Notes under the pieces: generated by a model | Databases searched by the model: none | The model's input: the letters and a program-made list of their open reading frames with translations, nothing else | What the model was told of the DNA's origin: nothing | IMG/VR virus record: IMGVR_UViG_3300045988_180454 | Coordinates: 1 to 64,000 of that record | Direction: 5' to 3' (one strand) | Length of the DNA: 64,000 nt | Source: a virus | Shown here: positions 25,535 to 35,595 of the stretch, piece after piece | How positions within the stretch are numbered: position 1 is the first letter of the stretch | Layout of the letters: each line of letters opens with the position of its first letter | Position numbers and translations under genes: made by a program

Positions 25535-26100
25535 AAAAACCAGGGGAAAAATTCTATCTTTGCAAGAAAGATATCTTTCAACTCTTAGGTGTTCCTCTTA
25601 CCCCGCAGGATCAAAACAATCTCGTCCAGAGAGCACGAAGAAGAAAACCTCCCATACCCACCCATTATTGGTATTCCTCCCATCACCGAATGAGCTTGGA
25701 AGAATCCCTCGCTTTTCTTGAGAGAATCAAGGGATATCCTAAATTTCAAAACCTAGACTTTGGTTGGCAAAAAGAGCTGATAATCAACGCCTGTTGTGAT
25801 TTAAAAGACACCTATCCGCTCAACGCTTTGTTGATTTATCTTGGTTTGTCTAGCTCATCAGGGATTCCTGGAAGCAAAAGGGATTTTTCTTCCCAGTATG
25901 CTAAAATGCCTTGTATACCTAAAAGCCTGACCCAGCGAATTTACCCCTGGATCAGAAGTACATATCTCGTAGATAAGGCTGTAGCAGATGAGATCAGCCT
26001 CCGGAAAGACAAAGGTGAAGAGCTTCACATGATAATTGCTAGTCTTGAGACTCCGCTTATGCTAAACTTGAGCTCAAGAAAAGGAGATATCAATGCTTAA
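25444..26100 (+). CDS. hypothetical protein (start uncertain)
   Basis: GTG 25444 overlaps the upstream gene by 91 nt. There is no ATG until well inside the ORF. A basic patch RARRRKPPIP is present. Confidence 0.5.
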   Translation: MGIPRTQSFTATQFRCFAPYRLSGPLIDGVEKPGEKFYLCKKDIFQLLGVPLTPQDQNNLVQRARRRKPPIPTHYWYSSHHRMSLEESLAFLERIKGYPKFQNLDFGWQKELIINACCDLKDTYPLNALLIYLGLSSSSGIPGSKRDFSSQYAKMPCIPKSLTQRIYPWIRSTYLVDKAVADEISLRKDKGEELHMIIASLETPLMLNLSSRKGDINA

Positions 26101-28690
26101 CACATTTGAGGTTCGTGACCAATACTTTACCGCTGGGTGGCCAGTAGTATTCCCAATTCCTGTGGGTAAAAAGTTTCCGCCACCAGGGGGCGTGACAGGA
26201 AAAGGTAATCAGCCAACCCATCAGGATGTCGAAAAAGTCTGGCAAAACAAACCTGCTAACTCCAATTTAGCGCTCCGTATGCGAAGCAACCACCCAGACT
26301 TTGACGTTATCGCCATTGATATTGACAACTACGGCGATAAAGTCGGCTTACAAACCATAAAAAAATTAGAACAAGAGCTTGGTGAAGAGTTCCCTTGGTA
26401 CGCTCCGTTTAGTACTCGTCGTGACCCACAAATTGGTACTGGTCAATACTTCTTTAAGGTACCGAAAGGCTTAGAGTTCCACGGGCAATTAGGCCCAGAT
26501 ATTGATATTATTCAAGATAATCACCGCTATTCTATGGTGTACCCGTCCGTAGTAGATGGTGACCAATATCAGTGGTATTACATGGGTAACCCCGCTCCTA
26601 TTCCTCGCTTAGAGAGCCTGCCTTGGCTCCCTGAACCTTGGCGAAACGTTGCCCTTAAAGGTGCCGCTCAGCCTGCAATTAGCACGGCAAAGGCTGTTAC
26701 CAAAGGGGCACCTCGTGGGACAGAATACCGCGTAGCAATTAACTGGCTGCGCAACAACACATTCGGTTTTGGGGGTGACCAAAAATCCAGCCCTGAAATG
26801 CTAGCTCTTACCGGGCCTGATTTTGAAGAAGCCCTCACCGGTGGTGCACATGACGCCATGCTCAAAGCGGTGTACAAAGCGCTTCATCTAGCTATGGATG
26901 GTAAGGCAGGACTCAAGCTTGCCCTTATGGAAATCCGTGACGCTTTTATTGAAGAGGTTTGTTTTAATCGCTCAGAAGGCCGGCGAGATCGGGAAACGGC
27001 CGAAGAAGAGTTCAAGCGCGCCGTTGTGAACGAGGTTGACAAACTCTCATCCCAAAAAGCAGAAGGCGAAAAGTTCCTGGTAGATACGGTAAAGGAAAAC
27101 CCCTATCGCCTTGGCGCAACCAGCGAAGCAATCCTTGAAGGCCGAGACATCATCCTGGAGAAAGGTATTGACGCTCGGAACTTCCAGAACACAGATCGTT
27201 TCGTTGCTGAAACATTCATTAACTTCTGGCAAGGGGATGTGTTGGCCACCCGGGATAAGGGAGGCCAAGAGTTCGTTGTTTGGAACCCTAAAACTCGTCG
27301 CTGTGAATGGAAAGCTCTAGAAGAGATGTACTTCTACCTCTACGTGGCCACTTCTGAGCGGCTACGGTACGAGGGGCATAAATTACTTCAAGAATCTATC
27401 TACAAACAGGAACACGAACCGAACACCAAGAAGAAGCGGGGGGAAGTCCGAGAATCAGAAGAGCTGCAAAAGCAGGCTCAAGTCATCTTTAAGATCGCTG
27501 ATTCAATCGAATCAACCACCAGAGCAAGCCGAATCCTGAAACAAGTTCACGCTATTTCTAAAGCTCAAACAAAGATTCAAGAGTTTAATGCTAAATGGAA
27601 CCTGTTGGGTTTGCCGGGGGGTAAGGTTCTTGATTTTGACAAGCTTCGGGATAACCCAGAAGAGGCTATCCGCTTAGCAACAATGCAGGACAAGCTTACG
27701 CTTACTACCGCGGTAGAGTACAAGCCTCAAGCTCAATCTGACGTGGTTGATAGCTGGATTACCCGGGTTGTTCCAGATATGAAGACTCGAAAGCTGCTGC
27801 AAAAGATCCTCGGCTACCAGCTGCTTGGTGGTAACCCAGAAAAGCTTTTTGTGGTGCTTGCTGGTCCCACCAACACCGGTAAAACAACGCTGGTTGAGGC
27901 TTGTGCAGCCGCTCTTGGTGAGTACGCAGGTATGTCTAATGCGCAGAAGATCCTTGGCTCAGATCGTGGCGGACCTTCACCTGAGCACATTACTGCTCTC
28001 AACTTCCGTATGCTTGGCTTCTCAGAGCTAGGCGAGGAGAACAATATTTCCTCCTCCGCTCTTAAGAGGCTCACCGGTAACGATACTCAACGGCACCGGA
28101 ACCTGCACTCTAACGAGATGATCGAGGCACGTCCGGCCTATACCCCTATTGCTTCGCTCAACACTATTCCTACAATCCGGGGTGCTGACGACGCCTTAGC
28201 CAAGCGCATTATCGCTATCCCATTTGAGCAACAACTTCCATCCCGACAGGTTCCTTTTGAGGAAGATATTATCAAGAACCCTATCCATCAGGAAGCCTTG
28301 TTGGCTTGGATGGTTGAGGGCTTAAAGATGTATCTCACAGAGGGTCTTGACCGGGAAGATATGCCTGAAGAGATCAAGGCAACCACGAAAGAGTTTAACG
28401 CCGGCGTTGATTTGCTCAATGAATTTAAGGACGAAGAACTCGTCCAAGAGGAAGGTTTGGAAGTAGAAGAATCCGCTCTTTGGGATCACTACGAAAAGTG
28501 GTGTAAGAAGTACAATGTCGACGCTAAAGATTATGGCAATCTTCGTAATTTCCGAAAGCGGTTCCGTGCTTTAGGCTTTAAAATCTTGCGGACAAAGCGT
28601 GCTGGAATCAACCGGTATTTCTATCGAGGATTAGGAATCCAAGGACAGGATATTTCTGGTCCGGTGGTGCCGACAATAATGTCACGGTGA
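26093..28690 (+). CDS. bifunctional primase-polymerase / D5-like SF3 helicase
   Basis: N-terminal prim-pol motifs (VIAIDIDNYGDK, HRYSMVYPS) and a C-terminal P-loop VVLAGPTNTGKTT with D5-type spacing. 865 aa. Confidence 0.8.
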   Translation: MLNTFEVRDQYFTAGWPVVFPIPVGKKFPPPGGVTGKGNQPTHQDVEKVWQNKPANSNLALRMRSNHPDFDVIAIDIDNYGDKVGLQTIKKLEQELGEEFPWYAPFSTRRDPQIGTGQYFFKVPKGLEFHGQLGPDIDIIQDNHRYSMVYPSVVDGDQYQWYYMGNPAPIPRLESLPWLPEPWRNVALKGAAQPAISTAKAVTKGAPRGTEYRVAINWLRNNTFGFGGDQKSSPEMLALTGPDFEEALTGGAHDAMLKAVYKALHLAMDGKAGLKLALMEIRDAFIEEVCFNRSEGRRDRETAEEEFKRAVVNEVDKLSSQKAEGEKFLVDTVKENPYRLGATSEAILEGRDIILEKGIDARNFQNTDRFVAETFINFWQGDVLATRDKGGQEFVVWNPKTRRCEWKALEEMYFYLYVATSERLRYEGHKLLQESIYKQEHEPNTKKKRGEVRESEELQKQAQVIFKIADSIESTTRASRILKQVHAISKAQTKIQEFNAKWNLLGLPGGKVLDFDKLRDNPEEAIRLATMQDKLTLTTAVEYKPQAQSDVVDSWITRVVPDMKTRKLLQKILGYQLLGGNPEKLFVVLAGPTNTGKTTLVEACAAALGEYAGMSNAQKILGSDRGGPSPEHITALNFRMLGFSELGEENNISSSALKRLTGNDTQRHRNLHSNEMIEARPAYTPIASLNTIPTIRGADDALAKRIIAIPFEQQLPSRQVPFEEDIIKNPIHQEALLAWMVEGLKMYLTEGLDREDMPEEIKATTKEFNAGVDLLNEFKDEELVQEEGLEVEESALWDHYEKWCKKYNVDAKDYGNLRNFRKRFRALGFKILRTKRAGINRYFYRGLGIQGQDISGPVVPTIMSR

Positions 28691-28720
28691 TGAAATTCAG
28701 TGATGTAAAGACATAGGAAA

Positions 28721-28740
28721 ACCCCGGAGAAATCCGGGGT
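28721..28740. terminator. convergent (bidirectional) terminator between the two arms
   Basis: ACCCCGGA-GAAA-TCCGGGGT. The T-run lies on the minus-strand side (TTTTCC), and TTTTTT lies further downstream on the plus side. Confidence 0.75.
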
Positions 28741-28754
28741 TCAAGGGAGATTTT

Positions 28755-29216
28755 TTAGTCCTCCTTCTTCGCCTTGTTCTTCTTGATCGTCTCTCGTAGT
28801 GCTTCGACGGTTACCTTAGCGTCAGCTTTGGCGTCGACATCGGGATGCGAAGCCGGACTAGGCGCCTGAGGCTTCGGCGGTTCCGAGGTTACGACAGCTT
28901 CCTTCACCACGTCTGCAACCGGAGGCGTGAGGGTGTGGGTAATTTCGTTTGCAGTTGCCTGGGAGAGACCGTTCTTGGTGAGCCGTGCAGCAATGGAAGC
29001 ACCGATAGCCGCAACAGCGGTGGTGATAAGCGCACGGAAGTCAAACGTGTCACTAGCCGGTACAGTGGCTGCCAAGGCAACCAGACCAGAGATAACACCG
29101 CCTGCTAGGGAGTTAATGGTGTTGGCATAGCGCCGATAGAACGGTTGGTTTTCGACGAACTCACCAATTGCATCACCGATGGTATTGTAAACCTCAGCAT
29201 TATAATTCTTAGACAA
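28755..29216 (-). CDS. holin-like two-TM protein
   Basis: Hydrophobic LAGGVISGLVALAATV and ALITTAVAAIGASIAARL with a charged C-terminus KKNKAKKED. Lies directly downstream of the endolysin. Confidence 0.6.
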   Translation of the reverse strand: MSKNYNAEVYNTIGDAIGEFVENQPFYRRYANTINSLAGGVISGLVALAATVPASDTFDFRALITTAVAAIGASIAARLTKNGLSQATANEITHTLTPPVADVVKEAVVTSEPPKPQAPSPASHPDVDAKADAKVTVEALRETIKKNKAKKED

Positions 29217-30606
29217 GAGGGATTCCTAACTCTATCTTACGTTGACGAATAACCTTATCTGGGTCTTCGTCGAGGATCTTTAGTAGCTGACGAAGCATAG
29301 CCTCAATATGGAAGCTGCGCTCATCATTGAAAAGCATATAGCTACTTGCAGGGAAACTCACATTTGGATTTACCCTGGAGGTGTAACTTTCGCTCAAAGC
29401 AATATCTCCTAAAATATCGTCACTGGATGAAACTTTGTTGGCGGAATACGCATAACCTTTTGGCGGAATGAGGGTTGCTAACTGCTCATGACTGATCCAA
29501 TACTCGTATGGCCAAAAACCAGAATCTGCAATCGCGTAGTGCTTCACGCCGTTGTCAATGGCATAACCCACCACAGCAATATAGTGGTAAATTTCACCAC
29601 CACCATAGCTAGGGGTGGTGCTGCCACGAGTACCAATAGGATAGTTACTCGGTGGAGCAACGATATTGGCTATCGCTGCGTAGCCTGCGTCAATGGATCC
29701 GGTAATGTCTTCCCAAAGCTTCTGCTTCTGATTCCATGTGGGCGGATCATTTGGCATATCGCTAAAGGTATAGTTGCCACCCTGAATCAGGCTATTGAGT
29801 ACCGGGATAAACTGACCGATGTAATCGGTCCCGTTAAACGTGGTGTTTAACCACGTTGCTAGCTCGCTCTCGGCGTAAAGGATCTTCGTTGCCGTCCAAA
29901 CAACAGTTTGTGTCGAGGCCGGACCACAATAATAACCTGTGTCTTGAGGCAAATAGCCATGGTTATAGTCAAGAACTTTTTCTACATTTTTGGGCAAATA
30001 TTCCTCCTCTGGCAACAAAGCGTCGCCGAAAATTAAAGCGTTATCGAACCGCATTTGGCGATCAGTAATCCCGTTGGTGCCACCATTTATCGCTTTTGTT
30101 GCAGCAATAAAGTTGTCGTAACGGTCAACGCCATTAAGGTTAGGATCGGCCGCACCATCTGCGTACTGGTTAAGCTTTGGCCTGGCCACCGTCCAGTACC
30201 AGACTGCACCTAAAAATCCGTATTCTTCACCCGAAAGCAGAGTGGGATTATCGACAAAGTAGGTGCTGGAAGGCACGTAGCCTTGGGCAAATGCCCATTG
30301 ACTTAGGTTCTTGTAGTTTGCACGTCCAGTAATTTGGATTGGTCCACGTCCTTTGTAGCGAACCCCATCTCCTGGATACACATTGCCGAGGTCACCTCGC
30401 CACTCGTACTCTTCTCCTGAAGCGTATTCTTCCATCGCAGATAGTCCGACGGATTCGTGACCTAACTGAGCGCAAAACATTGCGGCTCTTGGTATCGTTG
30501 TGCAGCCGGCCTGAGCGAGAGCCTTGTTAAAAGCAGGCGTCAGCTTGCGGTATTCATCAACCGACATGGCCCAATTCATCACTCGGGCTAAAACTTCAGG
30601 CTGCAA
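29209..30606 (-). CDS. endolysin: GH19 glycosidase domain plus cysteine-peptidase (C39-like) domain
   Basis: CAQLGHESVGLSAMEE...YKGRGPIQITGRANY is a GH19 signature. GYYCGPASTQTV is a papain-like/C39-like catalytic Cys context. Confidence 0.8.
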   Translation of the reverse strand: MQPEVLARVMNWAMSVDEYRKLTPAFNKALAQAGCTTIPRAAMFCAQLGHESVGLSAMEEYASGEEYEWRGDLGNVYPGDGVRYKGRGPIQITGRANYKNLSQWAFAQGYVPSSTYFVDNPTLLSGEEYGFLGAVWYWTVARPKLNQYADGAADPNLNGVDRYDNFIAATKAINGGTNGITDRQMRFDNALIFGDALLPEEEYLPKNVEKVLDYNHGYLPQDTGYYCGPASTQTVVWTATKILYAESELATWLNTTFNGTDYIGQFIPVLNSLIQGGNYTFSDMPNDPPTWNQKQKLWEDITGSIDAGYAAIANIVAPPSNYPIGTRGSTTPSYGGGEIYHYIAVVGYAIDNGVKHYAIADSGFWPYEYWISHEQLATLIPPKGYAYSANKVSSSDDILGDIALSESYTSRVNPNVSFPASSYMLFNDERSFHIEAMLRQLLKILDEDPDKVIRQRKIELGIPLV

Positions 30607-30608
30607 TT

Positions 30609-31643
30609 TTAAGGACGCCTCCTTAGACGTTTCTCATAATCTGAATTATCTTTCATAATTTTATCATTTTCATCACGAGTTGTCGAATTGTTTTGAGCAG
30701 CTACTTTTGGAGTAAGAAGTACAGCAGTAAGCGCATTGAGGTTGAGCCCCCCAAGCCAACTTCGATATTCATTTGATCGAACCCAAAGACGAACCGAATA
30801 ACCAGGCTCAGGGATAACTATCGCCTCTACCAACTGCAAGGTAGCTGATACAGGTGCATGCATATGACAATCACGATGCTCTCGTTTTTCATCGCTCTTG
30901 TTATACACGGAGAGTTCAGCCCAGGTCATACGGTTATTGTTTGGAACACCAAAACCTGTTGATGGGGTGTCTGTAGTGGCCCTGGCCGAGACCAACCAAG
31001 TCCCCGCTTCCTCAAAAACCACTCTGCGATTTGTTGCGTCCAACCTTGCACCTTTTGAGGGACCGAACTGCTGATTAAAAGGAATAAGCCGCTCAAGCTG
31101 TTGTGAGATAGGAATTCCTGTTCCGAAAAAGTCTTGAACTAAACCAAGAAACCCGCTGTTTGCAAAAATATTTGTATCACTAAAAACAGAAATATAACCG
31201 TCAGGAAGTAAGTCAAACCGGTTCCGAATATCAGCATCAAGCGAGGATAATTGATTATTAAACCGCTCATTATTCGTCCGCATTTGCGCTTCAATATTTG
31301 GAATCGTTTCTGTCTCAACCTTGTGGATTTTTTGCCGATTCGCTGTAACATCTGCCCTGGTTGCATCAACTACTTTCGTTGTTTTATCAATATTATCATT
31401 TGCCTTAGTGACATTTGTCACAATCCCGCCGATAAGAGTATTAGAATCAGGCACTGCCTTTACAGTAAACGCGCCTGATTCAGCCTGCTTTTCAGCATCG
31501 GTGCGGGTATCCGGGGCAATGCCTCCTGGAGTGGTGATAATGAGATCATCAGTATTGAGCTGAGTAGGGGACTGTTGTGCATGCTCGGCTGGAGAATCCC
31601 AGGTATCATTATTCCAGTGTGGATGGTTTATAATCTTCGCCAT
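30609..31643 (-). CDS. hypothetical protein, probable minor tail / fibre component
   Basis: 344 aa located between the tail genes and the lysis genes. No motif recognised. Confidence 0.4.
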   Translation of the reverse strand: MAKIINHPHWNNDTWDSPAEHAQQSPTQLNTDDLIITTPGGIAPDTRTDAEKQAESGAFTVKAVPDSNTLIGGIVTNVTKANDNIDKTTKVVDATRADVTANRQKIHKVETETIPNIEAQMRTNNERFNNQLSSLDADIRNRFDLLPDGYISVFSDTNIFANSGFLGLVQDFFGTGIPISQQLERLIPFNQQFGPSKGARLDATNRRVVFEEAGTWLVSARATTDTPSTGFGVPNNNRMTWAELSVYNKSDEKREHRDCHMHAPVSATLQLVEAIVIPEPGYSVRLWVRSNEYRSWLGGLNLNALTAVLLTPKVAAQNNSTTRDENDKIMKDNSDYEKRLRRRP

Positions 31644-32007
31644 CGTCTAATATCCCTTTCGTAATTTCTTCATCTAGATCATCTAGCATCTGCACCAATC
31701 TTTGCACCCGCGGATTCTCCTCAATCGCCGAAGCAGCAAGAGAGTTCCGCAGGACTCGAATGAGTTCAGAAGCAACCCGCTGCCAACGAACAAAATAGCG
31801 ATTCGTTTCTTCCAGTTCTTCGCTTGCTTGTTTGAGCTGAACCAGCTCTTTTTCTAACGATTTATACGACTTGAAACCGGGCTTATTCACCTGAAATTTA
31901 ATCCTCTGTCGGAGTACAGAAAGCAAAACTGTCAAAGCCAGTACTATACTGACTATCTGACCTGCTGTTGTTGAAGTATCTAGATGCCCGAAGTCAACCG
32001 GTATCAC
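31609..32007 (-). CDS. single-TM + coiled-coil membrane protein
   Basis: ORF trimmed to GTG 32007 (GAGGGGG 5 nt upstream, GTGA overlap). TM segment IVSIVLALTVLLSVL. Confidence 0.55.
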   Translation of the reverse strand: MIPVDFGHLDTSTTAGQIVSIVLALTVLLSVLRQRIKFQVNKPGFKSYKSLEKELVQLKQASEELEETNRYFVRWQRVASELIRVLRNSLAASAIEENPRVQRLVQMLDDLDEEITKGILDDGEDYKPSTLE

Positions 32008-32429
32008 TGCACCCCCTCGAAAAACCACACTTGGGAAATTGTTACATGTAAAGCAGCGATGAACATTGCCAACAACCCAACTCCAAAAAAGAAGTTATAG
32101 GAAAGAAACATTCCGCCAACACACCATAGTAACCCAAAGACACCCCAAACACCAGCGCTAACTATGTGAGCTAGATTGACTTTCTGAAGAATCTTAGCCC
32201 GCCATGTGAGATAAGCAGCACAGACTGGGAAAATAATATCCCAAATATCAATGCCAAAGAAGGAAGGCATGATGACAGGTATCGGACGAGGGATCGAAGT
32301 AAGCCCAATATGTGGATGAGCAGTCAAAAACATCAATCCGAAGCCCAACATCATAAACGCCAAGATGTAAGAACAGCGTTGAAGCGCAGCAATAGTTGAT
32401 TCTCCATGAAGGCCTTTTTGATTATCCAA
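32004..32429 (-). CDS. four-TM membrane protein
   Basis: 141 aa, almost entirely hydrophobic, with about 4 predicted spans by eye. Confidence 0.6.
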   Translation of the reverse strand: MDNQKGLHGESTIAALQRCSYILAFMMLGFGLMFLTAHPHIGLTSIPRPIPVIMPSFFGIDIWDIIFPVCAAYLTWRAKILQKVNLAHIVSAGVWGVFGLLWCVGGMFLSYNFFFGVGLLAMFIAALHVTISQVWFFEGVQ

Positions 32430-32937
32430 GGACTACTACAGCTCCGTTCGATTTCCGAATCTTTAACTTATTATCATGAAAATACATCACGCAACCGTTC
32501 GCTGGGGGTTGCGGTTCAGCTACGGATTCAAAATAAACCGGAAGAGTAAACTTACCAGGCACCACTTCGGAACCCCCACCAAACAAGCTTTCGATGGTAA
32601 CCCACCCACCACGGGTATAAAAGAAACCGGTTTTGGTTGGTTTATTAATTGCAAAGTAGCCATTGACTTCTTGATTTAGCGCCTTAAGCTGACGCGCCTG
32701 GGCTCGCAACTTCTCCATCGCTTGGAGGTCGGTAGGCTCATCAATAACGATGTCGGGACGAAGCGGCTTACCAGCCGGACCAGGGGGTCCCTGGTCACCC
32801 TTGGGACCAGTAGGAAGCGGAATATTAAGCTGATTATCTTCCATCAAAAGCGCCATGCGGCCTGTCTTCAAGAAGTCTAAAGCATCGGCCTCGGTGGTAA
32901 ACTCTAGCCGCGCCACTAAATCACGAACAGTTGCCAA
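32422..32937 (-). CDS. minor tail protein with a collagen-like G-X-Y stretch
   Basis: GPKGDQGPPGPAGKP. Confidence 0.6.
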   Translation of the reverse strand: MATVRDLVARLEFTTEADALDFLKTGRMALLMEDNQLNIPLPTGPKGDQGPPGPAGKPLRPDIVIDEPTDLQAMEKLRAQARQLKALNQEVNGYFAINKPTKTGFFYTRGGWVTIESLFGGGSEVVPGKFTLPVYFESVAEPQPPANGCVMYFHDNKLKIRKSNGAVVVLG

Positions 32938-32948
32938 AATAATTCTCC

Positions 32949-34724
32949 TTAATCTGAGTTGAAAGCGGACTCGATTGCTCGGGTGAAGCGGGCATTAGCA
33001 CGAGACTGAATGGCCCAGGGTTCTTCAGGACGATCTGTTTCACCCAATTTAATTTCAAAGCGAACCCCATTTGAACGATTAGAACTTAAGGTGATCTGTT
33101 TTACTCGCTCTGGAAATATCTTTCCGTCCGGGGACTCCCAAGCAACGGGATCAAGTACATCAAAGTCTTCAAAAATACGGAAAGGTAAAAAGCTAGCAGA
33201 ATCCCCGGTAAAGTTCGCTGTCTTGTAACCCATTGCTGAATAGCGCTGCATACGCAGTGCTTGGGCTGCATTTGCACTATATGCGGTTGAGCCCTTTCCG
33301 CCGTAGTCCTCAAAGAGTGCGAAGTCGCCAAGGAACTTCCGGTGCTCTTTGTCCTCTGCGCGCTGGTAAGCAAAAAAAATATCGTCCAACTTCCCGGTCA
33401 ACCAGCTTAGAAATAAATCAAATGCCACACCGATAAGCTTTAACGCCTGTTGAATTAAGGTACGAACAATGAGCTTGATTCCCTGGTTTAAGAACTCGTT
33501 TGACTTACCACCCGTGATAGAGCTAGTGCTTGTTGGTGCATAAGCACTGATTTCAAATTGAGACCAATGCTGCTCACTATTGCGGAAAATTGGCCAAGTA
33601 ACGTTGTACCGCCTACCATCTGTGCCAAAAAAGGATTTAAGGAAATCCGTGTTTTCTGTCGCGTCAAGGCTAGGTGGCATGTCGTACCGTCCAAACAGCC
33701 CGCGCAAATAAACTCTCGCTGTTTCGGTGAGGTTAGACCAAAAGTCACGATAGGTTGGATCCGTTCGAGACCGGTCTTTATCAATGAAATCAATGACCAC
33801 GCAAGGGCGACTCAAAAACAATCCGGGCGGGGAAATATCTCGTCCAGGAACGAAAAAGTAAACATTGGGGAGGATATTATAATCTTTACAACATTCAGCA
33901 CTAAGCTCTGCTAATGTATCCATTTGCGCCACAAGGGTAGTAAGTGGCGCAGTATCCGCTGTCTTTTTTGTTGGCACTACAACAACTGGATGCATAAAAT
34001 CTTGAAGATTACGCCAATTGGCTTCATTTTCTTGATACTCATGAGCAGCAATTGCCTGGTCAAGATCAAAAATTAATCGCTTAGAGGGGACCTGCAAACG
34101 GAAAGCAGCCTTAATACAGTATTGTTTTATTAGCCAAATAGCCGGGCCTGAAGCCATATCTCGCTTAGGCACTTGAGATTTTAAAGCCATAAAAGGACTT
34201 GGCCACGCAAGCATGTATTTAAGCCAGATTTTGTCGTGGTCGCACTCTACTTTGAGTTCTGATTGCGGGCCAGAGCCTGACCAACCTACGCGAGAAACCC
34301 GACCTGTCCATGTCTTAATAATATAGCCGGCTCGGGAAACAATAAAGTGCACCAAGCAAACCTGAATATTGGTGCGAAGAAAGTGTTTAGCCCAAGAACT
34401 TGTACCCGCCAAAGTAAAGCTGCTTGCGTCGGTTGCGTCAACCTCTGAGGTCCAAGTCACATCCGCTTCTACATAATCTTCGACGTTACCAAGCCACCGT
34501 CCTTGTCCGTCCCGAATTTCAATCGTAAGCTTGTATTCGTCTTCTCGCTCTTTGGCTGGGCGGTAAAATTCAGGAAGTTCCTCGAACCGTTCAGTTTCTC
34601 GCCAAGGCTCAGAGCCATAGTTAATAGGCAGTCCACCACGGGCTTGCCCTGGCTGAAGATTTAAATAGCGATTATAATCTATGTCCACGAAATATACTCC
34701 GGTGTAAAGCTGAGGTAGGGCCAC
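32949..34724 (-). CDS. minor tail protein (591 aa)
   Basis: Second gene after the tape measure, so called by position and size. The GTG start is uncertain (34688 is an alternative). Confidence 0.6.
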   Translation of the reverse strand: MALPQLYTGVYFVDIDYNRYLNLQPGQARGGLPINYGSEPWRETERFEELPEFYRPAKEREDEYKLTIEIRDGQGRWLGNVEDYVEADVTWTSEVDATDASSFTLAGTSSWAKHFLRTNIQVCLVHFIVSRAGYIIKTWTGRVSRVGWSGSGPQSELKVECDHDKIWLKYMLAWPSPFMALKSQVPKRDMASGPAIWLIKQYCIKAAFRLQVPSKRLIFDLDQAIAAHEYQENEANWRNLQDFMHPVVVVPTKKTADTAPLTTLVAQMDTLAELSAECCKDYNILPNVYFFVPGRDISPPGLFLSRPCVVIDFIDKDRSRTDPTYRDFWSNLTETARVYLRGLFGRYDMPPSLDATENTDFLKSFFGTDGRRYNVTWPIFRNSEQHWSQFEISAYAPTSTSSITGGKSNEFLNQGIKLIVRTLIQQALKLIGVAFDLFLSWLTGKLDDIFFAYQRAEDKEHRKFLGDFALFEDYGGKGSTAYSANAAQALRMQRYSAMGYKTANFTGDSASFLPFRIFEDFDVLDPVAWESPDGKIFPERVKQITLSSNRSNGVRFEIKLGETDRPEEPWAIQSRANARFTRAIESAFNSD

Positions 34725-35587
34725 TTACTCTTCGGCCGGTCATTGCCAACCTCATTAAGGTTACGAATTGTCACTTTGTTAATGGTTTGCGGCTCAAGAC
34801 AGTATAAAGGACGATTGCCAACCATAGACGGCCAGAGATTTTCAATCCGTCCGTTTTTTCGCTTGCAGGTAAAAGATAACGCTTTCTGGTCATAGTCAAG
34901 TTTTGCCACGTCTCCATCCGCTAGATTTGGAGTTCGGAAGGTTGGTTGTTCATAACCTAAGGACAGTTCCCATTGTCCAAAACCAGGGAGGAATATTTCT
35001 GGGAAAACCTGGGGTGCTGTCGAAGGGTTGTAAAAGTGAGCCTTGTATACCCCACCCCCTTTTGGTTTCAAAACCTTCTTCTCTCGGAAACCATAGAAGT
35101 AAGGACTGTCCGAAGTCCACCCCCATTCTAGGGTAGTGACCCCTCGAAGTCCTGGGTCTTTGTCATAAGTTGCCGAACCTGCGTTTTCCGCTGCATAAGC
35201 GGAAAGATAACGATGCTCACCGGTGTTGGTAAAAAACCACAGCCGACCAGGCGCACCTTCAGGATGGTTCAAGAACCAGCGATCCTTCGCTCGGCGCATC
35301 TCTTCTACGGAGTCGCCAAAAATATTGACGCTGCACTTTAGGCTGCGACGAGTGGCCACCGAAGAAACAAAGCGAGAGCCTGGGGTGTTGGCGTCAGTAT
35401 CATAACGAAACTCCCTTGTGGGAAATTCTAATCCATCAATGCCATTTGCCAGTTCAACCCCTAGATTACGATGGTTGAATTTATCCCCAGAGATAAAGAA
35501 CTTATCTCCGTTTATCCACTCTGTACCATCCCACCTCGGCGGACCCTGGTACACAATGATTACCGGAAGAAGATTCCTATGTGTCAA
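34679..35587 (-). CDS. minor tail protein (distal tail protein position)
   Basis: First gene downstream of the tape measure. 302 aa. Confidence 0.6.
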   Translation of the reverse strand: MTHRNLLPVIIVYQGPPRWDGTEWINGDKFFISGDKFNHRNLGVELANGIDGLEFPTREFRYDTDANTPGSRFVSSVATRRSLKCSVNIFGDSVEEMRRAKDRWFLNHPEGAPGRLWFFTNTGEHRYLSAYAAENAGSATYDKDPGLRGVTTLEWGWTSDSPYFYGFREKKVLKPKGGGVYKAHFYNPSTAPQVFPEIFLPGFGQWELSLGYEQPTFRTPNLADGDVAKLDYDQKALSFTCKRKNGRIENLWPSMVGNRPLYCLEPQTINKVTIRNLNEVGNDRPKSKWPYLSFTPEYISWT

Positions 35588-35595
35588 CCTTTATC

